The notes beneath the pieces were generated by a model that was not told the DNA's origin, made no database searches, and saw only the letters and a list, made by a program, of their open reading frames with translations. Positions 19,420 through 28,778 of a DNA stretch of 64,000 nt are shown piece by piece. The translations under genes and the position numbers were made by a program. Numbering within the stretch: the stretch's first letter is position 1; each line of letters starts with the position of its first letter. This DNA comes from Candidatus Woesearchaeota archaeon (GTDB taxonomy: Archaea > Nanobdellota > Nanobdellia > Woesearchaeales > DSVV01): assembly GCA_018303325.1 (NCBI GenBank), contig JAGVYH010000067.1, positions 4,167 to 68,166 on the forward strand. The letters are read 5' to 3'.

Positions 19420-19680
19420 TTCTCGTCATGTTTTCTGCCCACACCCTGTTTGTGGGACGCAGTCCACAGTCACATGAATAAAAATGTAAGAAGGTTTGAA
19501 GGTCAGATGGTTTGATGGTAACGACTGATTTCCGTCGTTCCATTCGTAGTACCTTCAGACCATCAAACCATATTACCATCTTACCTTTTTTAGTGAACGA
19601 GTTGGACATGCCAGGAACGAAACAAACAAGTAGAATATAAAAATAATTATAGGTAGGGTAGCTGCGTCCATAAACGAAAA
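19420..19680 (+). repeat. Repeat family A, copy A1 (TIR-bounded MITE-like element with a ~50-bp central hairpin)
   Basis: 5' box GTTTGTGGGACGCAGTCCACAGTCACATGAA at 19449. Central hairpin gtaagaaggtttgaaggtcagatggtttgatggtaacgac...gtcgttccattcgtagtaccttcagaccatcaaaccat. 3' box GTGAACGAGTTGGACATGCCAGGAAC at 19593..19617. Inverted 5' box ...GCTGCGTCCATAAAC at 19661. Confidence 0.75.
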
Positions 19681-19772
19681 AAACAGACACATTTCAAAAA
19701 CATTTAAATAGTATAACCTACTAAGGACTAAACTAAGAGTAATAAATAACATCATAAAAAGAGGTTATATTA

Positions 19773-20207
19773 ATGCCAATGCGTGAATCAGACAAACATT
19801 TCTTATGGTCATTGTATTATGCAGTAGGTATTATTCTTATATGGAAAGGTGTATGGGAAGGTATTGGTTCTTTACCTTTGTTAGAACTGCCGTTTGTCAG
19901 TTTATTTGTTGGTTTAGTAATGTTAACCTTTTCAGGGCTATTAATGAGAGAGTTTGATCCATTGGGTGGTTTAGAAAAAGGTGTTCAGAATATGCTGCAT
20001 GGAATACATCATCATCCGCAAAAAGAAGAGTTTACTATTTCATATTTTGACAATAAGAAGAATAAAGAAGTAAAGATTGAAGCGCATAAATTAAAGCTTA
20101 TAGAAAAAAACGTATTGTCTTTCCATGAACATGGTAAAGAAATATTTATACCTATGCATAGAATAAGGAGAATACACAGAAAAGGTAAAGAAGTGTGGAG
20201 ATTGTAA
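19773..20207 (+). CDS. Membrane protein (2 TM) with a C-terminal region resembling DUF504/MJ1316 (IPMHRIRRI)
   Basis: Hydrophobic N-terminus. C-terminal motif EIFIPMHRIRRIHRKG. Confidence 0.4.
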   Translation: MPMRESDKHFLWSLYYAVGIILIWKGVWEGIGSLPLLELPFVSLFVGLVMLTFSGLLMREFDPLGGLEKGVQNMLHGIHHHPQKEEFTISYFDNKKNKEVKIEAHKLKLIEKNVLSFHEHGKEIFIPMHRIRRIHRKGKEVWRL

Positions 20208-20368
20208 CTAGCTAAGTGTGTATCCAGAATATAAGAACATAAAGCAAAGCGCAAATTTTATAAACCATTTATCCTTTAATTATTTATCTTTTAATTATCT
20301 CATAAAAATCAGAAAATGAGAAATGCGTAAAAAAAGTAAACTTAGAATCAAAAAAAGAGGTACAAATA

Positions 20369-20680
20369 ATGGTTGAGTTCATTACAGGCACATTACAAAT
20401 AACTGCTGCAACATTATCAGTTGTCGCTGGTATTATCGCAATCAGCCTGTTCAAAGTTTCTCATGTAAATGTTGGGCTGAGGGCATGGAAATATCTTATT
20501 GTTGCACTGGTGCTTTTCGCTATTGAAGAGGTAATTGGCGCATTGGTTTCATTCAAAATTATTGCTCCTACATTTCTGACGCATGTCATACCTGCAGGAA
20601 TAGTTGGGTTTATCATTATTGCGCTGACATTAGAAATTAATTATGTAAACACAGAAAAAGGCAGGAGGAACAAAAGATAA
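20369..20680 (+). CDS. Small membrane protein (3 TM), paralog of the next gene
   Basis: ALVLFAIEEVIGAL matches GILIFVLEEVFTIL in the 20683 gene. Confidence 0.5.
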   Translation: MVEFITGTLQITAATLSVVAGIIAISLFKVSHVNVGLRAWKYLIVALVLFAIEEVIGALVSFKIIAPTFLTHVIPAGIVGFIIIALTLEINYVNTEKGRRNKR

Positions 20681-20682
20681 AA

Positions 20683-21021
20683 ATGGTTTTAGAATATTGT
20701 CTGACAAAGGTTGCGCCATTGTATAATCTGGCGTTAGTGGTAATTGTAATAATCATGTTTATCAAATTATTCATGACTCAAAATAAACAAAGATATACTA
20801 AACCATGGGCATTAATTTTTGCAGGCATATTGATATTTGTACTTGAGGAAGTGTTCACTATATTAAGGCATTCACAAATATTTGTCTTGCCAACATATTT
20901 TAATGGTATTTTTGAAATAATAATAATCTCGTTATTTATCTATGCTATGCTTCTTCAGAGAGAATATAATGCATTTAATTATTCATTAAACAGAAATAAG
21001 AAAAAAGTAAAAAGAAGCTAA
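20683..21021 (+). CDS. Small membrane protein (3 TM), paralog of the previous gene
   Basis: See 20369..20680. Tandem arrangement with a 2-nt gap. Confidence 0.5.
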   Translation: MVLEYCLTKVAPLYNLALVVIVIIMFIKLFMTQNKQRYTKPWALIFAGILIFVLEEVFTILRHSQIFVLPTYFNGIFEIIIISLFIYAMLLQREYNAFNYSLNRNKKKVKRS

Positions 21022-21034
21022 AGAGAAAAATAAA

Positions 21035-21298
21035 ATGTTTGAAAACAAAAGAGGAGTAACACCATTAATGGTTACAATCATTTTAATAGGTTTTGCAGTA
21101 GCTGTAGGTTCTATAGTTATGAGTCTTGGCGAGGATTATGTTCAAGATATACCTGATACAGAGACTTCCCAGCAAGACAATGTTGTATGTGTTGGGACAG
21201 CAGGTGAACCATTGAAAGATCTCATGGTCAAATACATAAATGATGAAATAACAGTTGAGCAGTATTTGCAGGGCGAAGGTATTCTGAATAAAGAGTAA
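21035..21298 (+). CDS. Archaeal type IV pilin-like protein (class III signal peptide, DUF361-like)
   Basis: MFENKRGVTPLMVTIILIGFAVAVGSIVM matches the K/R-G-(I/V)-(S/T)-P-(I/L)-(I/V)-AT-(V/I)-LLI prepilin pattern. Confidence 0.6.
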   Translation: MFENKRGVTPLMVTIILIGFAVAVGSIVMSLGEDYVQDIPDTETSQQDNVVCVGTAGEPLKDLMVKYINDEITVEQYLQGEGILNKE

Positions 21299-21334
21299 AA
21301 CAGATTAAAAGTGTAAATTTTTCTTAATATTTTT

Positions 21335-21400
21335 CTTCTGCTCTCAATCCGTTTGTGGGACGCAGTCCACAGTCTTATGAAAAATTAATTTTTTTTGAGC
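21335..21400 (+). repeat. Repeat family A, truncated copy A2 (5' box only)
   Basis: CTCTCAATCCGTTTGTGGGACGCAGTCCACAGTCTTATGAAAAATTA with no 3' box. Confidence 0.6.
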
Positions 21401-21462
21401 AGTCGAAAAAAGAAATCAAAGGTGTAACAATAAAGGAAATAGAAAAATAGATATGATTAATA

Positions 21463-22605
21463 TTACCCAAACATTTCTATATAAGTATTATCCATTTTCT
21501 CTTTCTGCTTGACTTTTTCAATTGCACTTAGAATATCTGTCTGGCATATTGTTGTTCTGTCATTACGTATGGCAAAATAACCTGCTTCTGTACATACTGC
21601 CTTAATTTCTGCGCCAGAGAAACTATCCATTTTTTTAATAAGAATATTTAATTTAACTGTCTTGTCAATGGTCATGTTTTTTGTATGAATCTTAAATATC
21701 TGCTCAACACCTGCTTTTGTTGGCAAAGGCACTTCTATCAGCCTGTCAAACCTGCCAGGCCTTAAAATTGCAGGATCAAGAATATCTTTTCTGTTAGTGC
21801 ATCCTATAATTTTTACATTGTCTAAGCTTTTGAATCCGTCCATCTCAGCTAGGAACTGCATAAAAGTTCTTTGAACTTCTCTCTCGCCGCTTGTCCCAAT
21901 CTCTATTCTTTTCGCTGCTAATGCGTCAATTTCATCTATAAAAACAATAGATGGCGCTTTAGCCCTTGCTAGATCAAACATTTCTTTGACCATCTTTGCA
22001 CCTTCTCCAATAAATTTTTGGACAAGCTCAGAAGCTACAATTTCTATAAACGTGCTTTTAGTTGAGTTGGCAACTGCTTTTGCTAACAAAGTTTTGCCTG
22101 TGCCTGGAGGACCATGAAGCAAAACGCCTTTTGGTGGAGTGATACCTATTTTTTTAAACAATTCCGGCTTTAATAATGGCAGTTCAATAACCTCTTTGAT
22201 TTCATTAATTGGGGCTTCTAAACCACCAACCTCAGCCCATGTTGTTGTTGGTTTTTCTATGATCACAAAGCGTTCAACATTGAATTTAGTTGTAGATGAG
22301 ATTTTTTGGATTATGTTAAGATTTTTTTGTTCTGTCAGTACACTGTCTCCAGGCGCTAAACCCTTTAAATCACTTGCAATATTAACAAGAAATTGGTTGC
22401 CGTTTGGTGTTCTTATGATTGCTTTGTCTTCTATGATATCACAAACCTCGCAAACCATTAAAGCTGGCTCTCTTAATCGTTTCAATTCTTTTTGCAATTG
22501 CGTAACTGTCTCTCGAAGAAGCTTGTTTTCTGACTCCAAACGATGAGAACTGGCAGTATAATTGTACATTACATGATCAAGAGCATCTGATGTTTTTGTG
22601 TCCAT
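21463..22605 (-). CDS. pan: Proteasome-activating nucleotidase PAN (AAA+ ATPase)
   Basis: N-terminal coiled coil, Walker A GVLLHGPPGTGKTLLAKAVA, Walker B IVFIDEIDA, AAA second region of homology. Confidence 0.9.
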   Translation of the reverse strand: MDTKTSDALDHVMYNYTASSHRLESENKLLRETVTQLQKELKRLREPALMVCEVCDIIEDKAIIRTPNGNQFLVNIASDLKGLAPGDSVLTEQKNLNIIQKISSTTKFNVERFVIIEKPTTTWAEVGGLEAPINEIKEVIELPLLKPELFKKIGITPPKGVLLHGPPGTGKTLLAKAVANSTKSTFIEIVASELVQKFIGEGAKMVKEMFDLARAKAPSIVFIDEIDALAAKRIEIGTSGEREVQRTFMQFLAEMDGFKSLDNVKIIGCTNRKDILDPAILRPGRFDRLIEVPLPTKAGVEQIFKIHTKNMTIDKTVKLNILIKKMDSFSGAEIKAVCTEAGYFAIRNDRTTICQTDILSAIEKVKQKEKMDNTYIEMFG

Positions 22606-22692
22606 GACTTCAGGTTTGATTTATATATTTATAAAGTTTGTGCTGATTTATTTGGTTTAGAATATATGAAGTTAACTATAAACTCTTAATAA

Positions 22693-23769
22693 TTACACGA
22701 CAACAAGCTTTTTCGGCGCTTTTGTCAGTCGAATAAGTTTATTTCTTTCCAATAAATAATCATCTTCTATTCTTATACCAAACTTAAGTTTAAAATAAAT
22801 GCCTGGCTCTATAGTAAATATCATTCCATTCTCAAATTTCTCTTTAGATGTTTCTTTAAGGTTAGGCAGTTCATGAATCTCTAAACCAATGCCGTGCCCT
22901 AAACCATGTGTAAAATATTTGTCATATTTCCCAAGATGTTTTCTCGCTGTTTTTACAACATTAAGGATTTTCTCTCCAGAGCTTATTTTGTTTGCAGCGC
23001 ATTCTTTTGTTTCATAAACAAGATTATAAAATTTTTCTTCTTTATTAGTGGGCTTGCCGATAAATATTGTTCTTGTAACATCTGTGCAATATCCTTTGTA
23101 CCTTATCCCAAAATCAATTATGCAGAAACCATTAAGCTTATCGTTGTTAGTAACATGATGCGGTATAGCTGCATTTTTTCCAGAAGCGACAATTGTTGGA
23201 AACGAAGGAGCATGATTAATTAGTTTTATCTGCTGTTCAATAAATTCTTTAACCTGGACTTCTGTATTTAGTTTTTTGCGCTGGATTTGTGCTAATGCTT
23301 TTGACCAAATTTGTTCAGTTAATCTGCATGCTTTTTTGTAAATATTTATTTCATCATTGGTTTTTATAGCTCTGAGATTTAACAGCTCGTCGGAGATATC
23401 AACAAATTTGCATTTAAATAATTTTTTTAAGTTTTTAAGCTCCTTTACAGTTAAGTATGAAAAATTAACCCCTATTTTTTTTATTTTGTGGGTTTTTGTT
23501 AATTTTTTAATCTGCTCGAGAGTGTTTTTTTTGAATTGTAAAAATGGTTTTATTCTTGAACTGGCTTTTAATTCTTCAAAATCCAAAGATGAGCAATAAA
23601 TTCGTGGGAAAAATTTTGAAGACATCAGCATCAATGCATATTCTGGGCTAATATTAGAGAAATAAAAAAAAGCAGGATCTTTTAGTTTTGTGCTGAATAT
23701 TAAAGCCAAAGGCAGTTTCAGCTTTACTAATTTTTTTTGAAATTCTTTAATTTTATTGTTCATTAGCAA
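22693..23769 (-). CDS. M24-family peptidase (Xaa-Pro aminopeptidase/prolidase-like)
   Basis: Pita-bread fold metal ligands HGLGHGIGLEIHE...FTIEPG...IRIED. Confidence 0.8.
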   Translation of the reverse strand: MLMNNKIKEFQKKLVKLKLPLALIFSTKLKDPAFFYFSNISPEYALMLMSSKFFPRIYCSSLDFEELKASSRIKPFLQFKKNTLEQIKKLTKTHKIKKIGVNFSYLTVKELKNLKKLFKCKFVDISDELLNLRAIKTNDEINIYKKACRLTEQIWSKALAQIQRKKLNTEVQVKEFIEQQIKLINHAPSFPTIVASGKNAAIPHHVTNNDKLNGFCIIDFGIRYKGYCTDVTRTIFIGKPTNKEEKFYNLVYETKECAANKISSGEKILNVVKTARKHLGKYDKYFTHGLGHGIGLEIHELPNLKETSKEKFENGMIFTIEPGIYFKLKFGIRIEDDYLLERNKLIRLTKAPKKLVVV

Positions 23770-23801
23770 ATGCTTTAAATAAGAAGATATATAAAGTTAT
23801 T

Positions 23802-24209
23802 GTGTACAAAAGTATATTAAAAGCACAAAATAATAGAAACATTATCGTGCTTTTATATATCCATAAATATGTTCGGCATGATAAAGGGGTGGATAAAATG
23901 GTATGTTACATAATACCGACGATTGCTGCGATTGTACATGGAATATCAAGAAAAAAAATAAAACTATTGGGAAATGATGAAACACAGAAACATCTGTTTT
24001 TACTTTTGACAGGCGGCGCAATTTTTGGATTTATCGATCATTTATGGAACGGTGAGTTATTTATAAGCAAAAATCTAGGAAAAGATCTGTTGCTTGGAGT
24101 TACGATAACAATTATCATATTTTTGGTGTGGGGAATAATTGTCTTTGCAGAAAAAGCTAAACAAAGCCAAGCTACTGAAGAAAAAATAATTAAAGACACT
24201 GAAAAGTAA
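23802..24209 (+). CDS. Small membrane protein, hypothetical (the start may be the internal Met at 23898)
   Basis: Two hydrophobic helices (IIPTIAAIVHGI, LLGVTITIIIFLVWGIIVF). Confidence 0.4.
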   Translation: MYKSILKAQNNRNIIVLLYIHKYVRHDKGVDKMVCYIIPTIAAIVHGISRKKIKLLGNDETQKHLFLLLTGGAIFGFIDHLWNGELFISKNLGKDLLLGVTITIIIFLVWGIIVFAEKAKQSQATEEKIIKDTEK

Positions 24210-24386
24210 AATCAAAAAATTGAAAGATAATTATGATGATAAACCAAACATTATAATAATTATAATGTCGGACATAAATACTTATACAAATAGTTATGTC
24301 CGACAAATATAGTAAGTGACATGATTTGTCTAAAAATTTAGGTCACTTACTATAGTTTATAATAATCCACAAGATTATAATAATCA

Positions 24387-25091
24387 TCACTGCATTTGCG
24401 TCATAATCAATTCGTCAAGACAACCATTACTTTCCAAGGCAGAAACAAGAACCATTGCAACTTCTTTTGGCTCCATAAAAACATATTTCTTTTTATATTT
24501 GGCATCGACATTATCAAAAAGATGTGTTTTCATTGCGCCTGGGCACACATTGGTTACTTTTATTCCTTTACTTTTACATTCTAAAGCCAATGCTTCTGAA
24601 AATCCAGTAACACCATATTTGCTGGCGCAATACGGCGCTTTGTTCATGCTCGGCCTTTTTCCTGCGATTGAGCTTATATTAATAATATGGCCTTTCCCTT
24701 TCTTAAGCATATGCAAATAAACAAGATGAGTAAGATTGATTAAAGCTCTTAAATTAACGTCAATAATATATTCGCACTCTTTTCTCGTCATCTGCTCAAA
24801 TGGCTTGATAATCATTATTCCTGCATTATTGATAAGAATGTCAATTGTCTTGAATTCCGTTAATGTTAAACTTACTATTTGTTTAATGTCATTATAATTA
24901 GTTATATCTGTTTTAATGAATCTTGCATTTCCTTTAAGTTTGTTAATCTTTTCTGCAACAAGTTTTAGCTCATTTTCTTCCCGTGCTGCAAGAACAAGAC
25001 GGCATCCTTTTTGCCCTAATAAAATAGCCAGCTCTTTCCCAAAACCTCTGCTGGCACCAGTGATTATACAAACCTTGTTTTTTAGTATCAT
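24387..25091 (-). CDS. Short-chain dehydrogenase/reductase (SDR)
   Basis: TGASRGFG cofactor motif, NNAG, catalytic YCASK. Confidence 0.85.
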   Translation of the reverse strand: MILKNKVCIITGASRGFGKELAILLGQKGCRLVLAAREENELKLVAEKINKLKGNARFIKTDITNYNDIKQIVSLTLTEFKTIDILINNAGIMIIKPFEQMTRKECEYIIDVNLRALINLTHLVYLHMLKKGKGHIINISSIAGKRPSMNKAPYCASKYGVTGFSEALALECKSKGIKVTNVCPGAMKTHLFDNVDAKYKKKYVFMEPKEVAMVLVSALESNGCLDELIMTQMQ

Positions 25092-25135
25092 GTTGAAGTT
25101 AATTGTTCATATCTATTTATGAATTTAAATCAGTA

Positions 25136-25235
25136 AATAGAGAACTTTGAAAAACTTTATAAAAATGGGTTTTTCAAAGAGCTCTATTAAGGGTTTTGAC
25201 TATTTTAATAAGTTATTCAAAACCCTCAATAGTAT
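25136..25235 (+). repeat. Repeat family C, copy C3
   Basis: ATAGAGAACTTTGAAAAAC...TTTTCAAAGAGCTCTATTAAGGGTTTTGACTATTTTAATAAGTTATTCAAAACCCTCAATAG, between TyrRS and SDR. Confidence 0.7.
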
Positions 25236-25237
25236 AT

Positions 25238-26317
25238 TTATCTTGAAACATTAAATTCTTTTATCTGCTCTGCTAATTTTGTGGCTTTTTTGCTTTGATT
25301 CAATTTGTTTCTTACTGGCTCAAGCAATTGGTTAAGATGGCTTGCAACAGCCTGTTTCAGGTCAGCAGGATGAAGCTCGCCGTTGACAAATTTCTGTTCT
25401 AATTCTTCATAATTGCAAAATTCTAAATTCCCGCCCCATTTTGCAGGCCTTTCAATAACAAAATTATCAAATTTACTGAAAATAATATATTTGCAGTATT
25501 CAAGGATTGGGTTTTCAAATGTCTGTTTTTCCGGACAGTAAGCTTTAGATATTTTTCGTTTTATATCTTCGGCATTATCATTCATGAATATTGCGCTGTC
25601 TGGCTTAGACTTGGACATTTTCATTGCCATCATTCTTTCTTCCTGAGAAACATCTTGTCCTGGTGGCTGCAAAAGACCTTGAAGCATGTGATGGTTTACG
25701 ACAACAGGTTTCCAGAATCCTAATTTTGACCCAATTTCTCGTGCAAGAACATTAACCTTTCTCTGATCCATACCTAATTGAGTTATATCAGCGCCAATTT
25801 CAAATATATCAGCGCATTGCATGCAAGGATAAAATATTTGTGATGCCTGCAGAGCATCTTTCTCGCTTCTTCCCATTATTTGAGAACATCTAACTATTCT
25901 ATTAACAGTAGAATTTCTTGCTATTTGCATAACTGTTTTCCAGTATGTGCCATTATTGATTAAATCTGTGCTTCTCATGAACTTAACATTTTCTAAATCC
26001 ATATCGCATGCTTTCCACACTTCTATAAGATAATCGCCGACAATATTGATTTTCTCTAAATCTCCGCCTAACTTGTTATTAGCCCAGCCATGCCAATCAG
26101 CAGCTAGCATAACAAATTTAACCCCTGCCTTGGTCATTTTGTTAATATTAATAGCTCTCAATAAACCTTGAGCGATGTGAATATTAGTTCCTGAAGGCTC
26201 AAACCCGTCATAAGCAACAGGATGCTTCTTCTTTTCAAAAAGCTCTCTTAGCTCTTCCTCTGTAAGAATCTCTTCTCCGACTTCTTTTACTAGCTTAATT
26301 TGTTCTTCTGTTTTCAT
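25238..26317 (-). CDS. tyrS: Tyrosyl-tRNA synthetase (archaeal type) with a degenerate HIGH motif
   Basis: Collinear with archaeal TyrRS: GFEPSG, ADWHGW matching ADLHAY, a KMSKSKPDSAIFMND KMSKS loop, and C-terminal GGNLEFCNYEELEQKF..GELHPADLK. The HIGH position reads NIHIAQG. Confidence 0.7.
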   Translation of the reverse strand: MKTEEQIKLVKEVGEEILTEEELRELFEKKKHPVAYDGFEPSGTNIHIAQGLLRAININKMTKAGVKFVMLAADWHGWANNKLGGDLEKINIVGDYLIEVWKACDMDLENVKFMRSTDLINNGTYWKTVMQIARNSTVNRIVRCSQIMGRSEKDALQASQIFYPCMQCADIFEIGADITQLGMDQRKVNVLAREIGSKLGFWKPVVVNHHMLQGLLQPPGQDVSQEERMMAMKMSKSKPDSAIFMNDNAEDIKRKISKAYCPEKQTFENPILEYCKYIIFSKFDNFVIERPAKWGGNLEFCNYEELEQKFVNGELHPADLKQAVASHLNQLLEPVRNKLNQSKKATKLAEQIKEFNVSR

Positions 26318-26425
26318 GTTAAATGTATTGTTTATAGTAAGTATATAAATATTTTTGTTGTAAAAGATAAAGTAAACATTAAAGTTTTAAATTAAGAAAG
26401 AAAAACAAGCTAAAAAGGTGATTAA

Positions 26426-27871
26426 ATGTTCAAGTTTTCGTTTTGCTGGGGTCAGACTGAAAGTTTATTAAATGGTCTTGCACAGGAGATTTCTTTTTAT
26501 AGAAAAGATCCATCAACAATGGGTTTTGCAGCGAATTTCAATAATCATCTTCAGTTTTGGATTAATGGAATGTCTAATAATTATTTTGGAGAAGATCATC
26601 TGAAAGCATGGAGAGATGCAAGTGAAAAACATAAAAGCTCTGAATTTGTAACAAAAGTATTTCTTGAATCTAAGAAAATTAGACAAAGGTATTATAAAAT
26701 AATAAAAGATATTGAAAAAACAAATTTTGAAAAAGTTAGCAGAAAGAGGTTACTTAAACTGTTCAAAGATTATTATCATTCTCTTGTGGAAATAAGGGGT
26801 ATGTTCACAATTTCCGCTCCAAATGGAACATATTATGTTGAACAGCAAATTAAAAATTTACTTTTTGAAATTAACGACGAGAAAAAAGAGAAAGAGACAT
26901 ATATTTTAATTATAACACCAACAAAACAGGACTTGATTCAGAGAGAAAAAGTTGGATGGTTAAAACTTGTTTCGAAAAAATATAATGATAAAATATTAAT
27001 GCAGCATGCTAAAAAATATGCTTCTTTTTTCTTTAATACTTATGATGAAAAGTTTGTGTTGGATTATTTAAGGAATAAAGCTAAAGAAGAATCTATTCAC
27101 GAATTAAGAGATGAAGTTAAAAAAACATATATTCATCTTAATGAAATAAAGAACAGGCAGAAAAACATATTTCCTAAATTTGATAAAAAATTAAGATATT
27201 ATGCACAAATTTTGCAAAAACATGCAATAGACAGGTTTGAATTAAAGAATTGCTGGAGTGGAGCAGAGTTTCTGGCATTATCTCTGTTTAAGAAGTTAAG
27301 TGGACTGGCTAATATTTCTATTCATGATTTCATGAAGAGTTATTATCATGAAGACATTGAAAGATTAATCATTAAAGGAATTTGTTTGAAAAAAGACGAA
27401 ATTACTAGAAGAAAAATATGTTTTGCATGCTATTTTCATGACAATAAACTGTTGTTTAAAAGCGGCAGTGAAGCTGAAGGGTTAATTAAACAACTATTAA
27501 GAAAAAGAGACTCATTGACAAAAGAGCTTAAAGGTATGACAGCATCCTCTGGAAATGTTAAAGGAATAACAAAAGGTACAGCAAGGGTTGTGCTGGTAAC
27601 TGATTTGGCTGGTTTTGTTAAAGATTTAAGTGAGTTTAAGAAAGGAGAGATATTAGTTACCACAATGACTACACCAAATATGGTTGTAATCATGAAAAAA
27701 GCGTCTGGAATTGTTACAGATGAAGGTGGTATTTGCAGTCATGCTGCTGTTATAAGCAGAGAATTAAACTTACCTTGTATTGTTGGAACAAAGGATGCCA
27801 CAAGAACAATAAAAACAGGGGATATTATAGAGATAGATACAAGTAATGGAAAAGTGAAGATATTAGGTTAA
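26426..27871 (+). CDS. Protein with a C-terminal PEP-utilising-enzyme mobile (phosphohistidine) domain
   Basis: C-terminus TDEGGICSHAAVISRELNLPCIVGTKDAT...GDIIEIDTSNG matches the PPDK/PEP synthase swivelling domain. N-terminal ~350 aa unassigned. Confidence 0.65.
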   Translation: MFKFSFCWGQTESLLNGLAQEISFYRKDPSTMGFAANFNNHLQFWINGMSNNYFGEDHLKAWRDASEKHKSSEFVTKVFLESKKIRQRYYKIIKDIEKTNFEKVSRKRLLKLFKDYYHSLVEIRGMFTISAPNGTYYVEQQIKNLLFEINDEKKEKETYILIITPTKQDLIQREKVGWLKLVSKKYNDKILMQHAKKYASFFFNTYDEKFVLDYLRNKAKEESIHELRDEVKKTYIHLNEIKNRQKNIFPKFDKKLRYYAQILQKHAIDRFELKNCWSGAEFLALSLFKKLSGLANISIHDFMKSYYHEDIERLIIKGICLKKDEITRRKICFACYFHDNKLLFKSGSEAEGLIKQLLRKRDSLTKELKGMTASSGNVKGITKGTARVVLVTDLAGFVKDLSEFKKGEILVTTMTTPNMVVIMKKASGIVTDEGGICSHAAVISRELNLPCIVGTKDATRTIKTGDIIEIDTSNGKVKILG

Positions 27872-28037
27872 TGTTTAAGAATTATCTAAAAATTAGTTAA
27901 AGAACACTTCTTATAGAACATCTGGGAAATATAGCTTTAACCAGCGAAACATTTATATACAAAAAGAACTCTCGGAATAGTCAACCATAAATGTTATTAA
28001 GAACAAAAAGGATAATTATTACTTAGAGGGGATTATA

Positions 28038-28301
28038 ATGGCAGAAGAAGAAAAGAAGTTTTCAAAACAGTTGTTAGGGAAGATAGTTGTATCAAAATCA
28101 GCAAAAAGATTTGGTGAAGTTGGTGATTTAGTATTTGAAACAAGATCTGGCGAATTAATACATATAGTATTAGTGAACCCAACACCTTACACTGAAAAAT
28201 TAGAGCTGGAAAAAGATAAAGAAGGTAATATTCTTATCCCATTCAGCGCAGTAATTGCAATTGGTGATTACTTGGTTATTGCTGAAGAAGATATTGTTTA
28301 A
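28038..28301 (+). CDS. PRC-barrel domain protein
   Basis: LLGKIVVSKSAKRFGEVGDLVFETRSGELIHIVL. Confidence 0.6.
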   Translation: MAEEEKKFSKQLLGKIVVSKSAKRFGEVGDLVFETRSGELIHIVLVNPTPYTEKLELEKDKEGNILIPFSAVIAIGDYLVIAEEDIV

Positions 28302-28389
28302 GTGTTTATATTTTATTTTTAGTATATTTCTATTTGTTTTGTATAATTTTTTAAAATTTCATGTTTTGTTTAGCTGATTAATATCTTTT

Positions 28390-28575
28390 TCTCGCTCACA
28401 ATTCAGTTTACCGCTCTCAATCCGTTTGTGGGACGCAGTCCACCGTCTCATGAAAAATTATTAGTTATTCGTTCTTCGCTATTCGTCATTCGTAACTAAG
28501 AACGAAAAACGAAGAAAGAATAACCGTTTTATCATAGTGAACGGGTTGGACATGCCGGGAACTAAAATAAAAAAA
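28390..28575 (+). repeat. Repeat family A, copy A3
   Basis: CACAATTCAGTTTACCGCTCTCAATCCGTTTGTGGGACGCAGTCCACCGTCTCATGAA, then central hairpin gttattcgttcttcg...cgaagaaagaataac, then GTGAACGGGTTGGACATGCCGGGAACTAAAA. Confidence 0.75.
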
Positions 28576-28778
28576 ATGCCGACAATCTGCAACCTGAAGG
28601 TTGCAGTATTTAATGTTGGCATTTTTAAATTCTTGACGAGCACTGCTCGTCAAGTCTAATAATGCCGATGAAGTCGGCATTATTTTTATAGAAAAGACCC
28701 ATCTGTGACCTTAAGGTCACAGTATTCGCTTTTCCAAATAAGATAAATTTAAAAAGATTCAATAATATAAATGAATTA

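Noticed and set aside
19247-19755. ORFs of 147 aa and 60 aa on the minus strand
   Set aside because: They lie entirely over repeat A1 and the GC-rich hairpin. Their composition is dictated by the palindromes, they have no RBS or TATA in a sensible place, and the homologous repeat copies elsewhere do not maintain an ORF.
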